Below are positions 1 to 9,353 of a DNA stretch of 64,000 nucleotides, piece after piece. A program made the translations under genes and the position numbers. The number at the start of each line of letters is the position of its first letter. Positions within the stretch are counted from its first letter, which is position 1. Source of the stretch: an uncultured Pseudobdellovibrionaceae bacterium (GTDB lineage Bacteria > Bdellovibrionota > Bdellovibrionia > Bdellovibrionales > JAGQZY01); assembly GCA_964588335.1 (NCBI GenBank), contig CAZPOV010000011.1, positions 6,784 to 70,783 of the forward strand, read 5' to 3'. The notes under the pieces were generated by a model. The model worked only from the letters and a program-made list of their open reading frames with translations, had not been told where the DNA came from and searched no databases.

Positions 1-1239
1 GACTGTTTCGAAGCCGACTCATGCCAAGAGGCCGACGAAATTTTAACAAAGTATCGGGAATACAGAATTTATGTAGGGCTTGTTCAATACGCCGATCTTG
101 AAATGCGGATGCGGCAAATGTCCCATGGTTATGTTGTTCACTCGGGTGTTCGTTTGTATTTTACGACCCGGAATGAGGAAGGGCGTGAAGAATGGGCTTT
201 AATTCAACAGCTTTATCGAGACGATCAAGGTGCTTCGACTCGGACCTTGGCCAACCTTCAGTTGAATGAACACTCTCGCGAATATTACCAAATGCTGCAA
301 AACATCCGTCGTGGGTCTTACAGTCATTATTCAGCAGCGGTAACCGAGTATCTGGGTGCTTATCCCTTTTTTGGATTGGCTCGATCACAGAATTTAAATC
401 GACAAACGGCTATCGAAACCATCGAAGACAGTGGCCGCGAATTCGAGAACGTCATGGCCAGCGTCAATGGTTTGCAGGGGAGCGAGCGCTTTGAGCTGCT
501 CGGATTTACAGCCGCCTTGGAAAGGGCGGTCAGTCACCTTTCCGATGACCAAAGCACCATCATTTCTAACTACATTCAGGCGATGAATAATGAAACTCGT
601 TTGTGGGGGAAAATTAAAAAGATATTTACAAGTTGGAAAACGCTGGCTCTAGGAACCTGTCATGTGACCACATTTGCCTTGGCGGCGGTTCCACATCCAC
701 TGGTGCAAATTGGACGTTTGGGTGCTGGATTTGTTTGTGCATCACTCGGCCTGACTCTGACAGTGAAGCATTTGGGAGAGACAACAGCCGACCTCATTCG
801 ACAAATGCAGTATGGTGCCACTCAGGCTTTCAGTCGAGAAATCCTCAATCAATACGTGCGCTCCTATTTTACAACATTGGTGATGACCATGCTTTATATT
901 ATTCCTGCGGTCCCTGGATTAAAAAGTCGTGCTTTTGGCATCCAACAAAACGCTGCAATAATTCGTCGGGCTTATCGCATGAATAAACTGAACTTGAGGC
1001 TGCGAGGGCGTGATCTTCGATTTAATCGAAACTCATTTTCTAGTGATGTCCAAAATTTGGGGCGATCTTACGCTCAGTATTATGGAGAAGAGTTGGCTGT
1101 CAATGCACTTCTGACAGCGGGAGGGCACTATGCTTCAGCCGTTTCGAGCCTGTCTCGTGCTCTTTCCACATACCGTTTTCAGGCCAATCCGACGCAAGTT
1201 ATAATTTTGCCTTTTGCAGCGGCGCTGGCTGATGTTTGA
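1..1239 (+). CDS. hypothetical protein, C-terminal part (gene starts upstream of the window)
   Basis: Frame 1 is open from base 1 (DCFEADSCQEADEILTKYREYRIYVGLVQYADLE precedes the tracked Met at 103), so the 378-aa tracked ORF is probably a fragment. Two hydrophobic stretches (LALGTCHVTTFALAAVPHPLV, YFTTLVMTMLYIIPAVPGL). No family recognised. Confidence 0.5.
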   Translation, partial: DCFEADSCQEADEILTKYREYRIYVGLVQYADLEMRMRQMSHGYVVHSGVRLYFTTRNEEGREEWALIQQLYRDDQGASTRTLANLQLNEHSREYYQMLQNIRRGSYSHYSAAVTEYLGAYPFFGLARSQNLNRQTAIETIEDSGREFENVMASVNGLQGSERFELLGFTAALERAVSHLSDDQSTIISNYIQAMNNETRLWGKIKKIFTSWKTLALGTCHVTTFALAAVPHPLVQIGRLGAGFVCASLGLTLTVKHLGETTADLIRQMQYGATQAFSREILNQYVRSYFTTLVMTMLYIIPAVPGLKSRAFGIQQNAAIIRRAYRMNKLNLRLRGRDLRFNRNSFSSDVQNLGRSYAQYYGEELAVNALLTAGGHYASAVSSLSRALSTYRFQANPTQVIILPFAAALADV

Positions 1240-1299
1240 TAGAAAAAACAAGCCCATGAACAAAGGAGGATTGAGTGCCTGCGCGCTTCGCTGTTTGGG

Positions 1300-1956
1300 T
1301 CAGTATAAAAGACAAAGGAACTCGCGTTTGTTTTCCTGACAGTTTTTTGCAACTTGGCTGCAGGTGCCTGTGTAAAAAACCTCATTGTCTTTGGTCAGGT
1401 CAATTCCAAGAACCATATTTTTGTTAGTAGCAAATTGAGCACATTCTTGAATCGTTCTCTGTAAACGGTAAGGTGTGTCCATCAATATCTTAGGGTTGTT
1501 GTTCGTAGCCAAGTCTTTAAAGAATTGCGTTCTTTGTGAGGCTTCTCTAGGAGGGAAACCTAAAAAGTCAAAATGGGTCAGACGGACACCACAGAGGCTT
1601 AAAAATGTCGTTAGAGATGAGGCGCCAGGGTTAGAGGTGACTTTAATGTTGTTGTTCCGACACAGAGCCACCAATTCGGCTCCAGGGTCACTGAACCCAG
1701 GAGTGCCACAGTCAGTAAGCAGAACCACTTTCTGGTCCTGACAAAGAGCGCTCAGGCGTTGGAGATCACTGGTTTCTGAGTGTTCATTCAGTAATTCATA
1801 GTTTTTTGGGGTTTCAATTCCAAGCTCTTTGAGTAGGCGAAACATGGGCTTTCGCTCTTCGCCGATATAAAGGTCTGCTTCCTTTAAAGAGTTTAAAGCT
1901 CTTAAAGTGATGTCGCCAAGATTGCCAATAGGTACCGCTACTAAAGTTAAGCTCAT
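1300..1956 (-). CDS. rsmI: 16S rRNA C1402 2'-O-methyltransferase RsmI-like (tetrapyrrole-methylase fold)
   Basis: LTLVAVPIGNLGDITLRALNSLKEADLYIGEE at the N-terminus and LLTDCGTPGFSDPG match RsmI signature blocks. At 218 aa it is somewhat short for the family. Confidence 0.75.
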   Translation of the reverse strand: MSLTLVAVPIGNLGDITLRALNSLKEADLYIGEERKPMFRLLKELGIETPKNYELLNEHSETSDLQRLSALCQDQKVVLLTDCGTPGFSDPGAELVALCRNNNIKVTSNPGASSLTTFLSLCGVRLTHFDFLGFPPREASQRTQFFKDLATNNNPKILMDTPYRLQRTIQECAQFATNKNMVLGIDLTKDNEVFYTGTCSQVAKNCQENKREFLCLLY

Positions 1957-2077
1957 AATAGGGACCTATCCTATTTCTGTATGACTGGCAAATGCCTTTC
2001 TGCTATGTAAAATTATTCTAATTTGACTTGTTAAATTGGAAAAGAGATCTTCATTTTCGAAAATAAGGATGGTCGTG

Positions 2078-2623
2078 ATGAAATGGAAAGTTTTGGAAAC
2101 TACAGAGATATTCAAGTCCGGACTCTTCAATCTGAAATCTGAAAAATTACAGCTTCCCGATGGACGAGTCATGCCCCGTTACTATGTCATGAATTTCCCA
2201 GATTGGGTGAATGTCGTACCATTGACCACAGAAGGCGAAGTGATTTTGGTTAAGCAGTATCGCCACGCCTCAGGACAGGTTCACCTGGAAGTTCCTGGTG
2301 GTTCCACTGATCCGCATCGGAACGAGTCGATGCAAGAGGGGGCTCGTCGTGAACTTTTAGAAGAGACGGGCTATGATACTCAGAACATGCAGTGGGTCGC
2401 CTCGCATTACCCCAACCCGGCCTTACAGACCAATCAAATGCATACTTATATAGCCTATGACTGCAAAAAAGTGAAAGAACAAGAACTTGATGAGTTTGAA
2501 GAGCTGGAACTTTATTTTTGCACGTTAGATAAATTACGAGAGCATCTTTATAACGGTGATATCAGCCATAGTATTATGGTGGCATCAATTGCGCTGGCTT
2601 TAGAAAAACTCACGCAAAAATAA
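2078..2623 (+). CDS. NUDIX hydrolase (ADP-ribose pyrophosphatase-like)
   Basis: Nudix box GGSTDPHRNESMQEGARRELLEETGY (GX5EX7REUXEEXGU). The tracked ORF opens at a TTG at 2036. The ATG at 2078 (MKWKVLE) has AAGGA 8 nt upstream and is preferred. Confidence 0.8.
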   Translation: MKWKVLETTEIFKSGLFNLKSEKLQLPDGRVMPRYYVMNFPDWVNVVPLTTEGEVILVKQYRHASGQVHLEVPGGSTDPHRNESMQEGARRELLEETGYDTQNMQWVASHYPNPALQTNQMHTYIAYDCKKVKEQELDEFEELELYFCTLDKLREHLYNGDISHSIMVASIALALEKLTQK

Positions 2624-2920
2624 TTTCAAATTTCAGCTGAACAATCGTCTGCGTGGGTTTGATTTTATGGGTCGTTTCAGGCCAAGGACAAAAGTCGTTA
2701 TGATTTAAAAGCTTGGTAAGGGTCAGGCAAGCCTTGAAAAGGTCCGGAGGCTTAGGTCCTTAAAAATCTAGGATTTATGGGCAAGCGATGGTTTGCGGAC
2801 ACCATTTGCGGCGTCAGAGTTGCCTGAAAGATCGAATTCTTGAAAATCGGCACATATCGTATTGATTAAATTTGCTGAGTGAGCTTTAATTAGAGTCGGT
2901 TAAGAGGCGATGGAGGATTC

Positions 2921-3439
2921 TTGTCGAACGGAAATAATGACATTTTCTATGCAATTGAAAATCCGAACTCCAAAGAAGTGCAAATTTCGCTTATCGGTTT
3001 TCTCAGTGAAGATTCGACAATGCCATCGGCTGATGTTCTCGACGGAGCCCAAAAACTAACCGTTGATTTTAGCCGTTTTCACGCCATGAATTCCAGCGGA
3101 ATTAAAAAATGGATTTTTTTCATTGACCAGGTGAAAACGAAGACTGACCTAGAGGTTGAGTTCAGAGCCTGTCCGTCGTCATTTTTGAGAGTGGCTCGAA
3201 CGGTTACCGGTGTTATGCCACCAAAGGCTGAGATAACCTCCTATCAAGTCCCTATATACTGCGAAAAATGTGACATCGACTTTTCAATTCTTCAAACCAA
3301 ACAGAAACTGAAAGAAAATCTCGATAATTTTGTCAATAGTATTGAAACATTAGAGTGCGAGACATTTCCTAAGTGTAAATCAAGTTTGACAGTTGACTGT
3401 AATACCAACCTTTACAGTTATTTTCTAGATTCCAACTAA
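2921..3439 (+). CDS. hypothetical protein; N-terminal half STAS/anti-sigma-antagonist-like, C-terminal Cys cluster
   Basis: TTG start. KLTVDFSRFHAMNSSGIKKWIFFIDQV and EVEFRACPSSFLRVARTV resemble the STAS pattern (L.lDls.v.fidSsG...l). The C-terminus carries CEKCD...CETFPKC, a zinc-ribbon-like cluster. The family call is by eye only. Confidence 0.35.
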   Translation: MSNGNNDIFYAIENPNSKEVQISLIGFLSEDSTMPSADVLDGAQKLTVDFSRFHAMNSSGIKKWIFFIDQVKTKTDLEVEFRACPSSFLRVARTVTGVMPPKAEITSYQVPIYCEKCDIDFSILQTKQKLKENLDNFVNSIETLECETFPKCKSSLTVDCNTNLYSYFLDSN

Positions 3440-3451
3440 ATCGCGATCAAG

Positions 3452-5413
3452 TTAGCTAACATCTTTCAGTTGGATATCTTTCTTTGGAATGAAAATTGAG
3501 AGTTGTGTTCCTCGGTGATCAGGGTGATCTTTAATCTGAACCTCTCCGTCAAGTTCTTCGACCATGCTTTTGATGGCACTCAAGCCGACGCCTCGGCCAC
3601 TGGTTTTGGTTAGGTTTTTTGCTGATGAATGGCTATCGATAAAAAGTAAGTCTTCTCGGTCCTTCAGTTGTTTTTTGATTGCTGGATCCAGCGTCTCCCA
3701 CTGCTTTTGAATATAGTTTTGATTTAATCCATTGCCATAGTCTTCAAGGAAAAGGCAGTACCCAGTGTCGGTGCTTCGAGTTTTTACTGAAATATGAATG
3801 GGCTTTGTTAAGTCGGCTAATAAATATCCGTGATCGATAGAATTTTGAATTCCGTGAGTTAAAATATTTTGCAATGGCTTGTGTAAATATTCGGGCCAGT
3901 CCCAGACCTGATCATCAATGGAGAGGGTTTGAAACTGGTTACGGGAATCAGACTCTCTCAGCTCTTCTTCAATGCGATATCTGAGGTCTCCAAGATATTT
4001 GTAGAGCGTCCAATTAACATTTTTGTTGGAAAGTTTTCCGAAAAGATGTTCAGCCACTTGCTGGAGTTCGCTATTCATTGTGAGGTACTTTTCAATTTTA
4101 ACCTCTAGGTTTTGCACGTCGGGATTGGAGACCGCAGTCTCAAGATCATGAATCAAGTTAGAAACCTCATCCATTTTATTGAGTCGAGTGTTGCCTTTAA
4201 GGCTATGCAAGTGATGCATTAGCTTGGTTTTTGACTCAGAATTGAAGTTGTTCAGTTCTGAGGCAACAGTGTCCATATCCTTTATAAGTTGCAAAGCCTC
4301 GGGTGTGCTGCTGCGGATAATGACCTGGGCAAGGTTTTGAGCGTGATTTTGTAATCTCTTTTCCTTTTCAAATCGTCTTTCATTTATTTTTTCATTGGTC
4401 ACATCTTCGACACTGACAATAATTTTTGCCACCAAGTCATCATGAACCAGTGGCGACCATGTCAGTTTCAGGTATTGACTTTGCTTGCCTTCGAATCGAC
4501 GGATCTCTTTTATCAAATGGTCTTTGTTCATTTCCCAATTTAAGGTATCTTCACCAAGGCACACAAAAAATGTGTTTTTGATTATGGAGAGTTGATCGGA
4601 GGAAACTTGGCTGTTAGAAAAAAGAACATCAATTAAAGAGCGTCCTTCTAGTTTTTCTTCAGGGAAAATTTCGCGAATTTTTCGGGAGTAATCGGGTTCA
4701 ATTTTTCCTTCATGGTTGCAACTTAATATTCCAACATCAACATTGTCGAAAATGGTTTTTAATTTGGTCTTTTGCCGAGCGATCTCATCAAGGGCCTTGG
4801 TCAGTCCTAGCTCATGTCGGTCAGCCATAGTTTTTTCAACCCAAATCATGATCGAAGAGAGTCCCGTGAAACATAGAGTGTCGAAAATAAGAACAGACAG
4901 TGGGAAGTCTTTGGAGTGCAGGCCAGTCACAGGAATCATTGAGTTGTGGGACAACCAATCGATCACGCAAGACATCAAAATGGCAAACGATAGTAAACTC
5001 AAGCGAATCCAATTTCGTGATCTTGAAAAAGCAATGATGCTGTAAAAAAGCGGCAAGAAGACCAGATAGTATCCGTTGAATGATTTGCCAAAGAAAATAG
5101 CCGCGTTTATTCCAGTGATCATCGTCAAAAAGTAGGCTGTGAGTCGAGCTTGAAACAGTCGATGTCTATGATTTAGATAGAAAATAAAAAGGGGAAGAAT
5201 CGCCATTGAAGAGGCAATTATCATTGAGTACCAGGGGCCCGACAGTTCATACATTTGCAGATTGATTAAAATAGCCATCACCAAGGCAAACATTGTCATA
5301 CCATTGGTCAAAATCGTTATCCGATTACTGGTTTCTCCTTCGAACTCACTGCAACCTAGGGTGGCTATTTGAATGAACTTATACTTTAGTACAGTTAGCA
5401 AACCGGTCTCCAT
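3452..5413 (-). CDS. membrane-anchored CheA-like histidine kinase (multi-TM N-terminus, PAS-like region, HPt, CheA-type ATPase; no CheW-like domain)
   Basis: About six hydrophobic helices in the first ~190 aa. HPt-type motif MHHLHSLKGNTRLNKM. CheA-type N-box ILTHGIQNSIDHG, G1 LEDYGNGL and G2 SGRGVGLSAIKSMVEELDGEV. The protein ends right after the ATPase domain. Confidence 0.7.
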   Translation of the reverse strand: METGLLTVLKYKFIQIATLGCSEFEGETSNRITILTNGMTMFALVMAILINLQMYELSGPWYSMIIASSMAILPLFIFYLNHRHRLFQARLTAYFLTMITGINAAIFFGKSFNGYYLVFLPLFYSIIAFSRSRNWIRLSLLSFAILMSCVIDWLSHNSMIPVTGLHSKDFPLSVLIFDTLCFTGLSSIMIWVEKTMADRHELGLTKALDEIARQKTKLKTIFDNVDVGILSCNHEGKIEPDYSRKIREIFPEEKLEGRSLIDVLFSNSQVSSDQLSIIKNTFFVCLGEDTLNWEMNKDHLIKEIRRFEGKQSQYLKLTWSPLVHDDLVAKIIVSVEDVTNEKINERRFEKEKRLQNHAQNLAQVIIRSSTPEALQLIKDMDTVASELNNFNSESKTKLMHHLHSLKGNTRLNKMDEVSNLIHDLETAVSNPDVQNLEVKIEKYLTMNSELQQVAEHLFGKLSNKNVNWTLYKYLGDLRYRIEEELRESDSRNQFQTLSIDDQVWDWPEYLHKPLQNILTHGIQNSIDHGYLLADLTKPIHISVKTRSTDTGYCLFLEDYGNGLNQNYIQKQWETLDPAIKKQLKDREDLLFIDSHSSAKNLTKTSGRGVGLSAIKSMVEELDGEVQIKDHPDHRGTQLSIFIPKKDIQLKDVS

Positions 5414-5529
5414 TAAAGTTTCCCACAGTCTTTATCGGTCGATTGAGAGAATTTTATAATGATTCCAAAGTGAATCTATACCTGTTAGAATATTTTTGAT
5501 TCACGAACAGTATCCTTTGGAACCTAGTT

Positions 5530-6087
5530 ATGAAAAAAACACCTCTCGTAGAAAATGTTGCTCAAGCCATTCAGGAGACTTTCCTTGCTCGCATCCAAAC
5601 CTATTCAAAAACTCAAGACGGCAAGATCATAAACCAAGAGGTTCCAGCCGGACGTTTGCATGACCTTAGTCTGGTGGTGATTTTACTGGCTGGCGAACAC
5701 GTTCACATAACATTTAAAGTTTTTTTTGATCATAAAGAGTGTGAGGAGTTGATAAACAAAATTTACACTCAAAAGCCTCGGTCCGGCGATCTTCGTAACC
5801 TTGTCACCGATTTCTTTAAAGAGGTTAGTAATTTAACAGCCGGTCATATGAAATGGCTGTTTGAAAATTCGAAAGTCGATTGTAATATCAGTCTGCCGAT
5901 TGCTCTACGGGGCTTTGATGAGTTCTTCTTTAATAAGGTAAAAGACAATTCCAGTTTCGAGGACAGTTGGGCCATTGCTTTTCCAAGCGGGACAGTTCAC
6001 TTTTCTAATATAATTTCTTTAGACTCTAGCCTGAAGGATATCGATTTAACAATTTCCGACCAGGCCGGAGAGATTGAGTTTTTTTAA
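5530..6087 (+). CDS. CheX/CheC-like protein (putative CheY-P phosphatase fold)
   Basis: 185 aa. LVTDFFKEVSNLTAGHMK resembles the CheX D.lgEl.NmiaG block. The stop overlaps the start of the downstream receiver gene (TAATG). Confidence 0.4.
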   Translation: MKKTPLVENVAQAIQETFLARIQTYSKTQDGKIINQEVPAGRLHDLSLVVILLAGEHVHITFKVFFDHKECEELINKIYTQKPRSGDLRNLVTDFFKEVSNLTAGHMKWLFENSKVDCNISLPIALRGFDEFFFNKVKDNSSFEDSWAIAFPSGTVHFSNIISLDSSLKDIDLTISDQAGEIEFF

Positions 6088-6467
6088 TGGGAGATGCAAT
6101 GAAGAAAATATTAATTGCAGATGATTCTGAAACCCTTCGACACCAATTATCTGAAGACTTGCAAGAGGCCGGGTTTGAGGTTCAAACGGCTGTCGATGGG
6201 CTGGCCGCGATCTCAGCATTTCAGTCTGATCAGAAATTTGATGCGGCCATTCTTGATGTTAATATGCCGGGTGCGACCGGAATCGATGTGCTTCGTCGCT
6301 GCACCGATGTTATCGAACAAAACAATGTCGTTGTATTTATGCTCACGACAGATTCAAGTTCCGAACTTAAAGAAGCTGGAAGACAATTGAAAGTGCGGGC
6401 TTGGATTACTAAGCCTTATCAGAAACAATCCCTCATTGGCGCCTTAAAAAAGGTTTTAAACCTATGA
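6087..6467 (+). CDS. single-domain response regulator (CheY-like receiver)
   Basis: KILIADDSETLR..., phospho-acceptor context AAILDVNMPGATG, conserved T (MLTTD) and K (TKP). 126 aa with no output domain. Confidence 0.85.
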   Translation: MGDAMKKILIADDSETLRHQLSEDLQEAGFEVQTAVDGLAAISAFQSDQKFDAAILDVNMPGATGIDVLRRCTDVIEQNNVVVFMLTTDSSSELKEAGRQLKVRAWITKPYQKQSLIGALKKVLNL

Positions 6468-7681
6468 ACGAATCAACTATGAAGAGCCCGTATTTTAAAG
6501 CCACCGAAGAGGTGGTTTTGATCCTTGAAAGGTCTAAAAAAAGCAGTGATGAATTTATTGATCGTCTCCCGGGGCTTTATTTGGTTGCCGATCAGAATGG
6601 AACTATTTACAGAACCAATAATTCCTTTAAAGACTTTATGCAGAAGAGCTATAGAAAAGATAATCTTTTCAATGTTTTTGATTTTATTGCTGAGGATCAA
6701 AAAGAGTTTTTTAAAAACAAGATGGAGCTGGCCTTTGAAACACCCCATAAAACTTTTTATTTTGAAGTTCATATGAATTTCTCAGGCACAAAAATGAAGT
6801 TTAGTATTGGCCTCTATTCCTGGAACGTCAATCAGAAGGCCGATGGCGTTCAGTTGTTTTCAATAGTTGGGACAGATGTTTCGGAGCTTGAAACAGCCGC
6901 ACTCGATAACAAGAGAATGCGCGAAGAGATCCAATCAGCTGAGCAGCTGCAGGCTCTGGTCTTGCCAGAAAAAACGCGTGAGGAAAAAGACTTCAGTCTT
7001 TATTCTTATTATCAGGCGGCGGCTGAATGCGGTGGCGATTTCCTTTATCACCAATATCAAGACGGGCTGCTAAGGATCTGGGCTGGAGATGTGACCGGTC
7101 ACGGTGTGGGACCGGCCATGGTCACAGGGGTGGTCAAAGGTGCTGTTTCTATTTTAGAAAAGCAAAATGATCTCGATATTATCAGTAAAATGCGTCATCT
7201 CAATCAAAGTCTTCTCGATTTTGCCAAAGGCGAGTACTTTATGACCTTTCAAATTGTTGAGATCGATTTGAAAGCCAAGGAAATGCAATTCTGTCAGGCT
7301 GGACACACCGAGATTTTTGAGTTTCTGCCAAAATCACTGGATTCCAGTAACAGTGTTTGGGACGCGGTTAATACTCTGTCAGCCGAGCCGAGCACGCCAT
7401 TGGGAACCTCAGGGGAGCCGAAATTTTCCCTCGAAAAACGCAGCCTGCTTCCTGATGCTTACTATGTCTGTTTTAGCGATGGTTTCGAAGAGGCGGAAAA
7501 CCCACAGGGTAAGCTGTTTGGGCAAAGGCGACTGTTAGGGACCTACGTCAAGTCTTTAAGAGGTGATGGAGATCTTGCCAGCGCCTGTGACACCCTTTTA
7601 GAAAAGGTTCAGCGCTTTGGGGAATTTCGCCCTTTGATCGACGATATCTCTCTCTGGAGCTTAAAGCTGAAAAATAAATAA
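6464..7681 (+). CDS. PP2C/SpoIIE-family serine phosphatase (RsbU-like) with N-terminal PAS-like region
   Basis: GGDFLYHQYQDGLLRIWAGDVTGHGVGPAMVTG and a later FSDGFEEAENP are SpoIIE/PP2C metal-binding blocks. ATGA overlap with the receiver gene stop. Confidence 0.8.
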   Translation: MNESTMKSPYFKATEEVVLILERSKKSSDEFIDRLPGLYLVADQNGTIYRTNNSFKDFMQKSYRKDNLFNVFDFIAEDQKEFFKNKMELAFETPHKTFYFEVHMNFSGTKMKFSIGLYSWNVNQKADGVQLFSIVGTDVSELETAALDNKRMREEIQSAEQLQALVLPEKTREEKDFSLYSYYQAAAECGGDFLYHQYQDGLLRIWAGDVTGHGVGPAMVTGVVKGAVSILEKQNDLDIISKMRHLNQSLLDFAKGEYFMTFQIVEIDLKAKEMQFCQAGHTEIFEFLPKSLDSSNSVWDAVNTLSAEPSTPLGTSGEPKFSLEKRSLLPDAYYVCFSDGFEEAENPQGKLFGQRRLLGTYVKSLRGDGDLASACDTLLEKVQRFGEFRPLIDDISLWSLKLKNK

Positions 7682-7758
7682 TCTTGCCGACTTTTAATTC
7701 GTTGAGTGTGGGTCGGCGCCGGCGGGTCGACGCCGTTGAGCGCAAAGGTGTTATTTTT

Positions 7759-8460
7759 TTAAAAAGTGAAGTTGTTGATTCTTAGAGCTTTTTCCGGTGG
7801 TTGCATGCGGCCGGAATGAGTCGATTCAAACCACACCAATTTTACCTCAGGATGATCTTGCGAAACTCGATGAAGTACCACGGGTTCATTGTCAATGAAC
7901 CACAGGGTTTGGTCTTTTTTGTTCTTTATGAGCTCACCCGTGAGTAAGGTTTTATACTCTTCATCAGAATGTTCTAAATTGTCTTTTAAAAACAAAAGAG
8001 ATTCGTCAATGGGGAAGCCCATGGCATCCAGTGAGGACAAAGTCCCTTCCCACATTGTCGGTTTGTGGCGAGCCGTTAGATAAACAAAATCGACTCCCAG
8101 TTCTTCAAGGGTTTGTATCCAATCGACCGCTCCGCGAACTGGCACATCAGAATGCAGGTATTTATTAGAGAAAAAATGGGTTCTCCAAAAATTTTCCAAA
8201 TCGTTTTTTGATCCTGGATTCAATTCCTTGAATTCCACTCTTTGTAGAGCGTGCACCAATCCGTAGTCGCCAAACTGGCATTTAGCCGTTTCTAGCTGAG
8301 AGCAGTCATCAGAGAATTGTTTCCGTTTTGCTTTTATCCAGTCTTCCAATATCGCTTGATTGCGCTGGTGAGTGGTCACCAATGTCGAATCAATATCGAG
8401 AATAAAGAAGTTGTCTTTTTCGGGCTTTTTTAAGGTTTCGAGCATTGCCGGTGTATCCAT
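7759..8460 (-). CDS. HAD-superfamily hydrolase
   Basis: DxDxT motif FFILDIDSTLVTT near the N-terminus and a later YLTARHK block. Substrate unknown. Confidence 0.6.
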   Translation of the reverse strand: MDTPAMLETLKKPEKDNFFILDIDSTLVTTHQRNQAILEDWIKAKRKQFSDDCSQLETAKCQFGDYGLVHALQRVEFKELNPGSKNDLENFWRTHFFSNKYLHSDVPVRGAVDWIQTLEELGVDFVYLTARHKPTMWEGTLSSLDAMGFPIDESLLFLKDNLEHSDEEYKTLLTGELIKNKKDQTLWFIDNEPVVLHRVSQDHPEVKLVWFESTHSGRMQPPEKALRINNFTF

Positions 8461-8603
8461 TCCAAAAACTTACTGAAGGTCGAGTCAGGTTTCAACTGTT
8501 TGACAGTTTCTTAATGAAAATCTGTGTCTCAAAGTGAGATTTGTATTTCGAAAAATTTTAGGAGCCAATATACTAAAGACAGCAAACAAACCTGGGAAAG
8601 TAT

Positions 8604-9353
8604 TTGAAAAATATATGCGATGTGAAAATGGGGCACACGCAATACGGGGGGCAAAGTTTCCAAGAGATTCTTGGTATGCTGTCTTCTGGCGTGCTACCTT
8701 TTAACAGCTTAGCTTCTGATGTTGGCAAAAACCAATGGCAAGACTTGTTATCATACAATGACTTTGGCCATTTTTTAGCCGGTAAGCTTATGCTAGCGTC
8801 GAATGGTTATTCTTACGATTCATTATTCAATCACTGGTATGTTAAAGATGGTGATCGCAGTTTTGGTCCTTTCTCACTCTTGCAAATGTTGGAGTTTTTT
8901 CATCAAAAACGTCTTCACCTGGACAATCTTGTGCGCCACCCTTCTTCAGAAAAGTGGGAGCCTCTGAGTCGATGTGGACCTTTTGAGGTGAAAAGTCTAG
9001 AGAAGCTGTTGAACTGCCCCCAGCTTAAGGGGATTTTTGGACGCCGACAATTGCCTCGTATTCCCTATGATAATGAAGTGTTTATCAGTGCGTCTGCGGA
9101 ACTTTATCGTGGAGTGACTTGGTCGCTTTCGGCGAAAGGGCTGGGTGTGGTCACTGATAAATCGACCATCATTAACCTTGGCCAGCGAGTGAATATTATT
9201 ATTAACGCCAACCACGAGCATGGAGCGGTTCAGGTTAAAGGCAAAGTGGTTAATCTCAAAAAAGAAATCAACTACGAACGGGTTGCTGTCGAGTTCGATG
9301 AAGAAAATGAATTTCTGAATCAATTTATTGATCAGAGAGTTCCGAAACTCTAG
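8604..9353 (+). CDS. GYF_2-like plus PilZ-like domain protein (putative c-di-GMP effector)
   Basis: WYVKDGDRSFGPFSLLQMLEFFHQKRLHLDNLVRHPSSEKWEPL resembles the GYF_2 domain. RRQLPR (RxxxR) followed by WSLSAKGLGV (xxSxxG) resembles the PilZ motifs. The start is uncertain (TTG 8604 or ATG 8628). Confidence 0.5.
   Translation: MKNICDVKMGHTQYGGQSFQEILGMLSSGVLPFNSLASDVGKNQWQDLLSYNDFGHFLAGKLMLASNGYSYDSLFNHWYVKDGDRSFGPFSLLQMLEFFHQKRLHLDNLVRHPSSEKWEPLSRCGPFEVKSLEKLLNCPQLKGIFGRRQLPRIPYDNEVFISASAELYRGVTWSLSAKGLGVVTDKSTIINLGQRVNIIINANHEHGAVQVKGKVVNLKKEINYERVAVEFDEENEFLNQFIDQRVPKL

Noticed and set aside
7711-7735. GC-rich palindromic patch (GGTCGGCGCCGGCGGGTCGACGCC) between the convergent PP2C and HAD genes as a terminator
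   Set aside because: It contains only short self-complementary words (GCCGGC, GTCGAC). I could not draw a stable stem-loop next to the nearby T-run, so there is not enough support to annotate it.
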